64,000 bases of DNA, from the IMG/VR virus record IMGVR_UViG_3300031994_000011, positions 32,001 to 96,000 of that record; one strand, written 5' to 3'. Origin of the DNA: a virus (lineage: Duplodnaviria; Caudoviricetes). Positions 44,806-55,269 of the stretch are shown here, piece by piece; position 1 is the first letter of the stretch, and every line of letters begins with the position of its first letter. Under the pieces are notes generated by a model. The model ran no database searches. It was not told the origin of the DNA and saw only the letters and a list, made by a program, of their open reading frames with translations. Position numbers and translations under genes: made by a program.

Positions 44806-45519
44806 ATGTCAAGAATAATTATCACTGGAGATACTCATGGTTCTGTTGAAATGAATCGTCTGAGTTTTAAAAATTTTCCAGAGGGACACAACCTTACCAA
44901 AAATGATTATGTAATAATTACTGGCGATTTTGGTGCAGTTTGGGATGGAACTAAAACAGATGAGTATTGGCTAGATTTTCTTGAGGATAAGCCTTTTACA
45001 ACTTTGTTTTGTGATGGAAATCATGAAAATTTTAATCTTCTTTATAATTATCCCGAAGAGGAATGGAACGGTGGAAAAACTCATGTAATTAGACCATCAA
45101 TTCGTCATCTTATGAGAGGGCAGATTTTTACAATTGATAATAAGAAGTTTTTTGTAATGGGTGGCGCGACCTCTATTGATAAAGGTTTTAGAAAAGAAAA
45201 TGAAAGTTGGTGGTCGCAAGAAATTCCATCTGTTGAAGAATTTGATGAAGGAATTGTAAATCTTGAAGCTAATAATTATAAAGTAGATTATATTATAACC
45301 CATTGTCTTCCAGATAGTTTACTTGATATTCTTTATTGCGGTTATAATGAACATGATTTACTTACCAATTATCTTGAACATATGGTCGCGCGCACTACTA
45401 CTTTTAAAAATTGGTTTTGCGGACATTATCATACTGATAAAGTAATTCATAATAAATTTTATGTTTGTTATCATGACTTTTATGAAATTACTGATAATAA
45501 AATTATAAAAATTGATTAA
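44806..45519 (+). CDS. Metallophosphoesterase
   Basis: GDTHG, GDFG, DGNHEN, ITH and GHYH motifs. Confidence 0.9.
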   Translation: MSRIIITGDTHGSVEMNRLSFKNFPEGHNLTKNDYVIITGDFGAVWDGTKTDEYWLDFLEDKPFTTLFCDGNHENFNLLYNYPEEEWNGGKTHVIRPSIRHLMRGQIFTIDNKKFFVMGGATSIDKGFRKENESWWSQEIPSVEEFDEGIVNLEANNYKVDYIITHCLPDSLLDILYCGYNEHDLLTNYLEHMVARTTTFKNWFCGHYHTDKVIHNKFYVCYHDFYEITDNKIIKID

Positions 45520-45726
45520 GGAGATAAGTATGAGTAAAACTATTTATGATTCTGTTTGCCCTAAATGCGGCAGCGATAATTGGTATCAATATAGTACTGA
45601 TGAAATTGAATTTTCCTCTGATGGGACAGGTCATTATTATATTTACTGCCATTGTAAAAATTGCGACAATGAATGGAAACAACACTATGAGTTTAAGTAT
45701 ACTATTGAGAGGGAGCGAGATTAATA

Positions 45727-46143
45727 ATGCGTTTGTGGCATAAATATCTTATTTCAGTATTACCTCGTGAGCAACTAGTAAGTCAATGGCGCGAATGCAG
45801 TGCTCTAGCTTCGAATATTCAAAAGAAGGGTAGCCCTAATCATATTTTATGTAATTTTATTTTAAATTATGATTATGATCATTTTATTTCTTATGCTTAT
45901 TATATTAGAGAAGAAATGACTAAACGCGGCTATCGTACAATGAATAGTGTATGGAATAAGATTGTTTCACTTAAAACTGATTATAAACTTTTGTCGCTAA
46001 AAGATATTTATCCAGAAGAAATGAATGATACTTATTGGACTATATGCTATTATAATCTAATGGAAAAATGGTTGCGCGGCGGCATTAAAAATGAAGATTG
46101 GATGAAAATTGATATTGCGGATAGTGAATGGAGAAGTAATTAA
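45727..46143 (+). CDS. Pyrimidine-dimer DNA glycosylase-like protein
   Basis: MRLWH..LI.VLPREQL..QWRE and EMTKRGY motifs. Confidence 0.65.
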   Translation: MRLWHKYLISVLPREQLVSQWRECSALASNIQKKGSPNHILCNFILNYDYDHFISYAYYIREEMTKRGYRTMNSVWNKIVSLKTDYKLLSLKDIYPEEMNDTYWTICYYNLMEKWLRGGIKNEDWMKIDIADSEWRSN

Positions 46144-46153
46144 GGAGTAATAA

Positions 46154-46612
46154 ATGGAAATCTATCTTGGCGGACCTTGCGATAGTGAACATCGTACTCT
46201 AATGGTCCACGTTGCGGAAACACTACGAAATATGGGGCATGAAGTATACTGCCCTTTTGAATTAAAAATTGAAAATGCATGGGATTATTCTCAGGAAGAT
46301 TGGGCGCAGATGGTATTTAAAGCAGACATTTCCGCAATGAACAGCTGTGACTGTGCTATTGTTATTTCCTTAGGTCGCATTTCTAGCGCGGGGACTAATT
46401 GGGAATGTGGTTATCTATATGCTTGTGGAATTCCGGTATATATATTACAGATTACTGGAGCCCCTACTTCTTTAATGACATTCTGTGGCGCAGATTATTT
46501 TGTATCTACAAGCGAGGCCGATTTGACAAATGAATTAGAAACTCTTATACCCCTAATTGAAAACCAAATCATTAATTCTTATAAAAAGGAATGCCTTACT
46601 GTACTAACATAA
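46154..46612 (+). CDS. Second nucleoside 2-deoxyribosyltransferase-like protein
   Basis: IYLGGP, VFKADI.AM..CD and SAGTNWECGY motifs. Confidence 0.8.
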   Translation: MEIYLGGPCDSEHRTLMVHVAETLRNMGHEVYCPFELKIENAWDYSQEDWAQMVFKADISAMNSCDCAIVISLGRISSAGTNWECGYLYACGIPVYILQITGAPTSLMTFCGADYFVSTSEADLTNELETLIPLIENQIINSYKKECLTVLT

Positions 46613-46626
46613 ATATTGGAGAAAGT

Positions 46627-47595
46627 ATGAAGATTAAATATAAATTGATTTATGAATGGGTGAGTGAAGAACCTGATATTCTTGATTGCATGAATGCGAA
46701 TGAATATTCAATTGAAGAGGCAATTAATGATTCAATTCAATGGAATCAAGAGGAATTTGCTGATAGATTGAACAGTTATAGCATGAAAATGTTAGGACTT
46801 GAAGGACAATTTGAATACGAGGTTGTGAATGATAGGTAAAGATAAAGCAATTGAATATCTTGATTGGTATTTTTATGATGATGATGGTAATGTAGATAAA
46901 TATGCAATTCAAAAGTATAATAATTTAAAGAATTATATTGATATTTGTGAAAAATGCTTAATGAAAACCACACATATTGAAGCTGGTTTTCAAGGACATA
47001 ATTTAATTATACAGGAGAGATAAGATGCCTTGTGGTTTTGGTGATAAAGAATGTGCAATTTGTTTTTATGGCTCAGGTTGTATAGCCGCAATGTTAGATG
47101 ACTATTGGCAACCTGCTACGAAAGAACAATTAATTTCTAGATTAAATAATAATGAATATTCTGATTATAGACAATTAATGATCGATACATTATATTCAAA
47201 TTTTAATATAAAATATAATATAGAAAAAACAGACATAAAAAAGGTTTAACTTTTCTTTTAATTTATAATATAATAATAAAAAGAAAGGAATAATTATGCA
47301 GACACATATCATTGAAGAACAAACTTGTGATATGGGCCACGGGAAAGGTGAATATATCTTTTCAAATATGACTTTAGAACAAGTTTTAGATTGGTTTGAA
47401 CAAAACTTACATGACTGGGGAACAATTATAATCCAATTTAAAGATGGAGATATTTTAAGAAAATTTGATTATAATTTATATAATGATTCACAATTCTATC
47501 ATCATTTAAGTTGGGAATATAATTTATTGGTAGAAAAAATAGAATTCTATTATTGTTTTATGAATAAGGACATTATTATTTATTTAAATAAATAA
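46627..47595 (+). other. Four small hypothetical ORFs
   Basis: ORF track 46591, 46829, 47025 and 47296 with RBS. Confidence 0.55.
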
Positions 47596-47667
47596 GTCAA
47601 ATCAATAAGATTTGACTTTCTTTTTAATTTATGATATAATTAAATATAAAGAAAAGGAGGCGATAAA

Positions 47668-49533
47668 GTGGCTTATGATGCTAATTCAATTCAGGTAAGA
47701 GATTTTCGTACTGCCGCACGAACTACACCTGGTATGTATATTGGCGCGGATGGGCAAGATGCAATGTTTAATTGTTTTCTAGAAATTCTTAATAATGCTT
47801 GTGATGAAGCTATTATGGGGCGAGGAAACGAAATTACTGTAGAAGTAAATGATAATGATATTAAGATTTCTGATAAAGGAGCGGGAGTTCCCCATGGAAA
47901 AAATAAAGATACAGAAGAAGTACTCATCGAAATATACACTTCTGCTCATTCTTCTGGGAAATTTGATTCAACTAATTATAAAAGAGTTCGTGGTATGCAT
48001 GGTATTGGGTCCAGTACGGTGTGCGTTTGCTCGGAAATTTTTGAAGTATGGAGCAAACGAGATGGGGCAGAATGGCACCTCTTATTCAAAGATGGCATAC
48101 CGCAATCTAAAACGGCGGATAGAATTCGATCTACAAAAGAAACAGGTACAACAGTGTATTTTAAACCTGATAAAACCATATTCCATCTAAATGATGAAAC
48201 GCCATCTTTTGATAAAGGACGAATTAAAAATGAATTACGTTTAACTAGTTATTTTATTCCAAATGTTACTTTTATCTATAAAACGAATGAACAAGAAGAA
48301 AGGTTCATATCTAAAAATGGGCTAAAAGATTTTGCCGCTGATAATATCACAAAGCCGCTTCATAAACAATATATTTATGGAACAAAAACATTTGATGGCG
48401 ATATTGATATTGAAGTATTTGCACAATGGACTACAGGACGTGAAAAATGTTATGTATTTTCTAATGGCGCTTTAAATAGTGGTGGTGGTACTCCTGTAAC
48501 AGGAATGAAAGCGGCTTTTACGCGCACTATTAATGATCAAGCAAAAGAAAATTTTGATAGTGAAATGATTCGTAAAGGACTAGTCACAATAATTAACATT
48601 AAACACCCACATCCAATATATCAAAATCAAGTTAAAGATAAAATTCAAAATCAAGAACTTCGTGGTTATACGCAGACAACCTTTACAGAAGCGATTAAAG
48701 ATTGGATTATAAAAAATCAAAATGATTTTAATAAAATTATAAATATACTTATTACTGATAAAAAAGCAGAAGCCGCCGCGGAAAAAGCACGCCAAGGTGT
48801 TCTTAACTTTGAGAAAAAAGAAACAGAGCATAAAAAGCAAAAAATAACTTCTTCTGATAAGTTTAAAGATTGCGAAAAGCATGGGCAAGATTCAATGTTA
48901 ATTATATGTGAGGGTAATTCAGCACTTGGCGGCCTCATGCCCGCACGAGACGTCAATAAGGAAGCTCTGTATGCTGTGCGTGGTAAGGTAAAAAATCTAT
49001 TAAAGCATCCACTTGATGAATGTCTTGAAAATCAAGAAGTTTCTGATATCATCATGGCACTTGGATGCGGCATTCAAGAAAAGTATAATAGTAAAAAACT
49101 TAATTATGGTAAAGTAGCTATCGCAACAGATGGCGACGTCGATGGTTTCTCAATTATGTGCCTTATCTCAACGCTATTTTATGTGTTGATGCCAAAATTT
49201 ATTGAAGAAGGCAGACTATGCTGGCTTCGTGCACCACTTTATAAAATTGAAAAAGGTGGACAAAAATTATTCGCCTATAATGATGAAGAGCTAGAAAAAA
49301 TTCGGCAAGATCGCACGAATTGGGAAATTACTCGCGCAAAGGGTCTTGGTGAACTTAATGCTGATGATATGGAGTGTTCTATGCTTCATCCTACAGAACG
49401 AAGGCTTGAAGTATTAACCATTCACGATGCTGAAGCTGCGGCAGCAAGTATTATGATGTTAATGGGGCCAGAGGTTGAAGGTAGAAGAAAATTCCTATTT
49501 GAGAATGTGGATTTTAATATATTAAATAATTAA
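47668..49533 (+). CDS. gyrB: Type IIA topoisomerase B subunit (GyrB/ParE)
   Basis: PGMYIG, EILNNACDE, HSSGKF, GMHGIG, EGNSA, DGDVDG and KGLGE motifs. Confidence 0.93.
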   Translation: MAYDANSIQVRDFRTAARTTPGMYIGADGQDAMFNCFLEILNNACDEAIMGRGNEITVEVNDNDIKISDKGAGVPHGKNKDTEEVLIEIYTSAHSSGKFDSTNYKRVRGMHGIGSSTVCVCSEIFEVWSKRDGAEWHLLFKDGIPQSKTADRIRSTKETGTTVYFKPDKTIFHLNDETPSFDKGRIKNELRLTSYFIPNVTFIYKTNEQEERFISKNGLKDFAADNITKPLHKQYIYGTKTFDGDIDIEVFAQWTTGREKCYVFSNGALNSGGGTPVTGMKAAFTRTINDQAKENFDSEMIRKGLVTIINIKHPHPIYQNQVKDKIQNQELRGYTQTTFTEAIKDWIIKNQNDFNKIINILITDKKAEAAAEKARQGVLNFEKKETEHKKQKITSSDKFKDCEKHGQDSMLIICEGNSALGGLMPARDVNKEALYAVRGKVKNLLKHPLDECLENQEVSDIIMALGCGIQEKYNSKKLNYGKVAIATDGDVDGFSIMCLISTLFYVLMPKFIEEGRLCWLRAPLYKIEKGGQKLFAYNDEELEKIRQDRTNWEITRAKGLGELNADDMECSMLHPTERRLEVLTIHDAEAAAASIMMLMGPEVEGRRKFLFENVDFNILNN

Positions 49534-49534
49534 A

Positions 49535-49813
49535 ATGATAATTTATAGATATGAAAAAGAAGATGGCGGAGGGCCATATTTTACACCTGATGGGCATTCA
49601 AGGACGTATACAGATATTTATTTTAATGATGATATATTATGTGGAGCTGAATCAATTGATAATTTAAATAAATGGTTTATAGAAAGAAATGCTACTAAAT
49701 TAATTCAAGATTGTAAAATTGTCAAATATGAAGGAGAACTAATTCATAAATTTATTCATAGTGGAGAGGCAGTGATTAGAAAATCAACTGCTAAACAATT
49801 AACTTCTCCTTAA
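49535..49813 (+). CDS. Hypothetical protein inserted after gyrB
   Basis: IYRYE...GGPY; flanked by a duplicated gyrB 3' end. Confidence 0.65.
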   Translation: MIIYRYEKEDGGGPYFTPDGHSRTYTDIYFNDDILCGAESIDNLNKWFIERNATKLIQDCKIVKYEGELIHKFIHSGEAVIRKSTAKQLTSP

Positions 49814-49891
49814 AATTATGTATAAGTTTATAGATAATTATAATTTTTGAGAATGTAGATTTTAGTATTTTAAATAGATAAGGAGAATAGT

Positions 49892-50071
49892 ATGAATAAT
49901 AATTCGCGTAATCGTGGTATTGGATTTATGGGCTTGCTTACAATAGCATTTATTGTATTAAAACTATGTCATGTTATAGAATGGTCTTGGCTTTGGGTAT
50001 TGTCTCCACTATGGATTTCATTTGTAATTATTATGATGATTGCTATTTGGCTTGCGAATAAATTTCAATAA
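49892..50071 (+). CDS. Small membrane protein
   Basis: GIGFMGLLTIAFIVLKL..VIEWSWLWVLSPLWI; RBS. Confidence 0.75.
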   Translation: MNNNSRNRGIGFMGLLTIAFIVLKLCHVIEWSWLWVLSPLWISFVIIMMIAIWLANKFQ

Positions 50072-50162
50072 ATTTAAATTGGGATAGGGCTTGGACGTTA
50101 GAAATAAAAGAAAATTTCTTATTTAAAATGTTGATTTAATATCTTAAATAATTGAGGTAAAT

Positions 50163-51001
50163 ATGAATATTGAGAATGCAAAAATTACAAATACACGTAT
50201 TTCTATGGCTGACCATGGTTGCTTAACTTTTGATTTAACACTTGAAGGTGCCGGTTGGGGTTGTAATTACGGTGGATATTGTATTGGTAATGGATACTTA
50301 GGTGCTAAAGAATTTACAGCAAGTTCAGGTAATGGACTCGTGGCTATAATGAAGATTATGGATACAGTCGGTGTAGAGTGTTGGGAAGATTTAAAAGGTA
50401 AATATGTTCGATGCAAGATAAATGATTGGGGAGGAACTATTGATGAAATTGGTAATTTAATAGAAAATGAATGGTTTAATATTCGTGAATTTTTTTCTAA
50501 TAATAATTAACAATAATTAAAATTTCTGATATATAATAAGAGGTATAAAAATGGATAATAAATATAAAATTATGGATATTTTATTAGAAGAATTTAAATA
50601 TATTTACTGTGATAGTTGTAGACTTCAAGACAGTGAAAATTGTGAAGGATGCTATAGAAAATATATTAATTGGTCTTTGTCATCAGAAACAGCAGCGAAT
50701 ATTGCTGATAAAATTATAAATGTATTTGAAGATAATAAACCATAAATTTTGAATGGATGATAATATGAATGAAAAAGAATTTATAGCAGCTATAAATGAG
50801 ATTATTCTTAGTTCAACAGCTAATGGTGGTGATCCCGGTGGTCCTTATATGACGGAGCAAGAATGGGCACAAAAAAGTATAGAAAAATTATTATATTTAT
50901 TAAATTTAAATAATAAATACCATGTTGAATTAGTTAGAAATTTAAGATATGATCTCACAACTTGGATAGATCCAATTCCGCAAATAGTTGACAATAATTA
51001 A
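50163..51001 (+). other. Three hypothetical ORFs (50163, 50551, 50753)
   Basis: ORF track. Confidence 0.55.
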
Positions 51002-51038
51002 ATTTTATGTTATAATATAAAATGGGAGATAAGAAGAT

Positions 51039-51800
51039 ATGGCACAAAAAATTGATATGACGGGTTGGATATTAAGTGAACATGGTGTCCCAGACAGTAT
51101 TCTCACCGTCCTTGAAGAAGATAAAGAATACCGTATTTTGCATAATATTAAATTAACTGAAGCATATTGGAAATGTCAATGCAAATGTGGAAATATAATC
51201 AGTGCACGAGGCTCTTCACTAAGAAGAGGAGATATTTTATCATGCGGATGTATTCAAAAGCAGCGTACATCTGCTGCCAGAAGATATAATTTAGTTGGAC
51301 AACGCTTTGGAAAATTATTAGTATTAGAATATAGTAAAACTTATACAAGACCAAATGGAAAAAGTGGAGATGCCATTTGGAAATGCCGATGTGATTGTGG
51401 CAATATAACATATGTAGTAACTAATAGTTTAATGAGCGGTCAAACAACAAGTTGTGGTTGTAATGTTTCATCCGCAGAAGAATTAATTAGAACCATATTA
51501 ATAAAACATAATATTCCATTTGAAGTTCAAAAACGGTATAATGATTGTAGAGATAAAAAGCCATTACCTTTTGATTTTTATATAAATAATAATTTTTTAT
51601 TGGAATATGATGGGGAACAACATTATAAAGAATGGAATCGTGGAGAATCAACTCTGGCAGATAGACAAAAACATGATAATATTAAAAATAAATATGCAAA
51701 AGATAATCATATTCCTTTAAAACGTATACCATATTGGGATTATAATAAAATAACATTTGAAACTATTATGGATGATACGTTTTTATTAAAGGAGAAATAA
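51039..51800 (+). CDS. Putative free-standing homing endonuclease
   Basis: Two WKCxCxCG...SCGC repeats and a C-terminal PFDFY...LEYDGEQH (Vsr/DUF559-like) domain. Confidence 0.75.
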   Translation: MAQKIDMTGWILSEHGVPDSILTVLEEDKEYRILHNIKLTEAYWKCQCKCGNIISARGSSLRRGDILSCGCIQKQRTSAARRYNLVGQRFGKLLVLEYSKTYTRPNGKSGDAIWKCRCDCGNITYVVTNSLMSGQTTSCGCNVSSAEELIRTILIKHNIPFEVQKRYNDCRDKKPLPFDFYINNNFLLEYDGEQHYKEWNRGESTLADRQKHDNIKNKYAKDNHIPLKRIPYWDYNKITFETIMDDTFLLKEK

Positions 51801-51802
51801 TA

Positions 51803-54181
51803 ATGCAAAAGAACGTAGATTTTCAAAATACATTAGAGGCATCGTTTCTTGCCTACGCTGCTTCGGTCGCGCAGGAACGAGCAATTCCCGATGTAAGAGA
51901 TATGCTAAAGATTGGTCTTCGTCAAGGCTTATATGCTCAATATACAAACAAATTAACTTATAAAGATAAATTTCAAAAGGCGCAAAAAAGTGTCGCAGCG
52001 GCTATGACTCAATCATATGTTCATGGTGACGCAGCGATGTATGATACTTTTATTCGCGCGGCAAGACCATGGTCCTATCGTTATCCTCTTGAAGCAGTTC
52101 AGGGTAACTATGGTAATCCTACATCACCTGATAGTCATGCTCAAGCACGTTATGTTGAAATGAAAGCCGCGGAAATATCTAGTATATTTTTTGATGGCTT
52201 AAAGAAAAATGCTATTGGCGACGAATATTATTCAAATTATGATGATACTGAAATGATTCCAAGTGTCTTCCCTTCAATTGGCTTTTGGAATATAGTTAAT
52301 GGATGCTCTGGTATTGCGGTTGCTTTAGCCACTTCAGTACCAGCTTTTAATCTTAAAGAAGTAAATAATGCGTTAATTACTTTAATTAAAAATCCAAATG
52401 CTACTTTTGATGAAATATATTGTATTCCGGATTTTCCTTGCGGCGGTACAATTATAAATCCTAGTGCTGTAAAAGAATCGTTGAAAATTGGTAAAGGCGA
52501 ATCTATTAGATTAAGAGCAACATTAAAATATATTCCTGATCAAAACATGATTCAAGCAACCGAACTTCCTCATAGTGTCTTTACTAATACTGTAATTGAT
52601 CAACTCGCTGAATTAGTAAATAACAATGAAAGTTATGGTATTGAAAGAGTAGTAGACCATACAAAAAAAGAAGCAGATATTCGTATTTATCTTTCTAAAG
52701 GCGTAAATCCAAAACGAATGATTGAAAAACTTTATAAAGATACCTCATTAGAATATTGGTATTCTGTAAATATGGTGCTTCTTGACCAAGGAAGATTCCC
52801 TAAAATTTTTGGATGGAAGACAGCTTGTGAAGCTTATATTACTCATATTCGTCTTTGTAAACGTCGTGAAATTCAATTTGATTTAGACAAAGCTCTTGCT
52901 AGAAAAAATATTGTAGAGGGCTTGATTAAAGCATATTCTATTATTGATGAAATAATTGCTTTAATTAAATCTTCAGCTAATCCAGCAGAAGCATCTGTTA
53001 AATTGATTTCTGAATATGCCTTTAATGAAGAACAAGTAAAAGCAATTCTTGCTATGAAACTTTCTTCATTAACTAAACTTGATATTGTAAAACTTAATAA
53101 TGAACTGGAAGAACTTAATGAAAAAATATCCTGGTTCCAATACTTATTAAATAACCCCTCTGCTCTAGATGAAGAACTAATAAAGATTTTAAAAGATGTA
53201 GCTGAAAAATTTGGAGACGAGAGAAGAACAAAAGTATTGAATTTAATTGATAGTAATTCTGAAGACTTGGAAGAAGTTTCAGAAGAAGAAGTTGGTATTT
53301 TACTTTTTGATAATAATATGTTGCGCGTGGTAAAAAGAGATGATATTCAGGGCGCAAAGCGGGGAAGAAAAGGAACTAATATTAAACCTCCTAAAGGCGC
53401 AAATCTAATAAATACCTTGTATACAACTACACTTGGAACTGTTGCTGCTTTCACAAATGCGGGCCGTATGTATAATTTTAATCTCTCGGATATTGATTGT
53501 GATAAAGATTATTCAATTTATGAACTAATCAATGTTCAAGGAGATGAAAAAATTATACTTCTCACTGATATGACTTCTTTTAATGCTTATCATAATTTAA
53601 TTACAGTAAGTAAAAATGGATACATTAAAAAAAGTAAAATCAGTGAATATAATACAAAAATAAAGAAAGGCGTAGTAGCAGTAAAACTGGAAGATAAAGA
53701 TAGTCTTGTGGGAGTATTTCTATCTAGAAATGAAAAAGATAGAATGTTTATTGCCGGTTCTGGCGGGAACTATAATTTCTATAAAGTAGAAGAAATTTCT
53801 GCTACTGGTCGCGCGACTAAAGGCGTAAAAGCAATTAAATTAAATACGGGAGAATTTATTCAGTCAGTAACTATAGTAAAAGAAGATATTCCTTACAGGG
53901 GAATTTTAACTATTACTTCGTCTGGTAAAGGTAAAATAACTTCAATTGAAGATTTTCCAGAAACAAGTCGTGGAATAAAAGGACCACAAGTTATGGCAAC
54001 TAAAGAAGAAAAACTTTCTGTGGTCTATGCCGTTCCTGATACACAAGAAAAAATCTTTATTTCTACTAATAATAAAGCCGTATTATTGAATATAGAATCA
54101 ATTCCAGTTCAAAATAGAATTACAACTGGAGTACGCATTATAGATGCGAGGGACAGTAACACAACTATTGAGATTATGTAA
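51803..54181 (+). CDS. gyrA: Type IIA topoisomerase A subunit (GyrA/ParC)
   Basis: RAIPDVRD.LK, VHGD, QGNYG, catalytic ARY, GIAV, PDFP and a C-terminal pinwheel. Confidence 0.93.
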   Translation: MQKNVDFQNTLEASFLAYAASVAQERAIPDVRDMLKIGLRQGLYAQYTNKLTYKDKFQKAQKSVAAAMTQSYVHGDAAMYDTFIRAARPWSYRYPLEAVQGNYGNPTSPDSHAQARYVEMKAAEISSIFFDGLKKNAIGDEYYSNYDDTEMIPSVFPSIGFWNIVNGCSGIAVALATSVPAFNLKEVNNALITLIKNPNATFDEIYCIPDFPCGGTIINPSAVKESLKIGKGESIRLRATLKYIPDQNMIQATELPHSVFTNTVIDQLAELVNNNESYGIERVVDHTKKEADIRIYLSKGVNPKRMIEKLYKDTSLEYWYSVNMVLLDQGRFPKIFGWKTACEAYITHIRLCKRREIQFDLDKALARKNIVEGLIKAYSIIDEIIALIKSSANPAEASVKLISEYAFNEEQVKAILAMKLSSLTKLDIVKLNNELEELNEKISWFQYLLNNPSALDEELIKILKDVAEKFGDERRTKVLNLIDSNSEDLEEVSEEEVGILLFDNNMLRVVKRDDIQGAKRGRKGTNIKPPKGANLINTLYTTTLGTVAAFTNAGRMYNFNLSDIDCDKDYSIYELINVQGDEKIILLTDMTSFNAYHNLITVSKNGYIKKSKISEYNTKIKKGVVAVKLEDKDSLVGVFLSRNEKDRMFIAGSGGNYNFYKVEEISATGRATKGVKAIKLNTGEFIQSVTIVKEDIPYRGILTITSSGKGKITSIEDFPETSRGIKGPQVMATKEEKLSVVYAVPDTQEKIFISTNNKAVLLNIESIPVQNRITTGVRIIDARDSNTTIEIM

Positions 54182-54193
54182 AGGAGAATAAAA

Positions 54194-54655
54194 ATGGATA
54201 AACATTATCTAAAACTTTTTACTTAGCTAGCTCATACTATTGAAGTTCTTGCTGAACAGGTGATTTCTATTAACCATGATAAGAAAGATGAAAAAGGTGA
54301 AGAGACTGCTACTATCATGCGCGATGATTATCAGCAACTTTATGATAGAATGCGTCAGGCTGATTTTGACCCGGTTACACTTTCTAAGCGAGACTATGCT
54401 CGTTTCCTTGTCGGCGCGATTATAGTAGTTCAGCAAATTGAAACTCGTATTGAGAATGAAAAGAAAGCTATTTCTGGCTATAAAATTGATTTAATTCCTA
54501 AACTTGAAAGAATTATAAATGAAATTAAAGAAGGGGAAGAAGATAAATTACCAGCTTTAATTTCAGAGCTATTTGAAATCAAGCCAGAAGAAAAGACAGA
54601 AACTAATTCTTCTAATGAAGAAAAAGTTAAAGAAAAAGAAAAGTCTAATAATTGA
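54194..54655 (+). CDS. Hypothetical protein (TAG at codon 11)
   Basis: AGGAG RBS before ATG 54194, in frame with ORF 54260. Confidence 0.75.
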
Positions 54656-54841
54656 CTAAAAGCAAAAATTACGCTATAATATAATTGTTGAAAGGGAGAA
54701 AAAGTCCTTCAACCTCGGTAAAAAGAAAAAATTATTATTTGACTTTTTACGAAAAATACATTATAATAGATATATAAGAAGGCGGGAGACTGACTTCTTA
54801 ATATAAAAAAATATTTTAAAAAGAAAAAGGAGATTATTACT

Positions 54842-55159
54842 ATGACTGTTAATAGCGAACTCGTACTAAACTATCTAAAGAAAGAATTTGGCAAGGAACA
54901 TACAAAGCAGGAAATCGCCGAGACTCTAGGCATTTCTCTCCCCGCCGTAACCGGTAGTGTTAATTCTTTAAGGACTAAGGGTTATGTCTCTGAGCGTGTT
55001 GAAGAAGTTGAACTTGAACCCGCAACTGAAACCCGCAAGGCTAAGATGAAGGTTATTCGTTATGAAACTCTAACTGAAGCTGGTCTATCCTATGATCCTC
55101 AGGTTGAGGCTGAGCAGAAGGCTGCTGAAAAGGCCGCGAAGAAGGCTGCTAAGGCTTGA
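54842..55159 (+). CDS. Winged-HTH DNA-binding protein
   Basis: KQEIAETLGIS...VNSLRTKGYV...LTEAG. Confidence 0.75.
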   Translation: MTVNSELVLNYLKKEFGKEHTKQEIAETLGISLPAVTGSVNSLRTKGYVSERVEEVELEPATETRKAKMKVIRYETLTEAGLSYDPQVEAEQKAAEKAAKKAAKA

Positions 55160-55269
55160 TGGAAGGCTTGATGGAAGGCAGTCCGAAAGGGCTGCTTTTT
55201 ATTTGACTAATAATAAAATTTGAAATATAATAATATTGTAAAAGATAAAAAATAAAGGAGAAAAAAATT

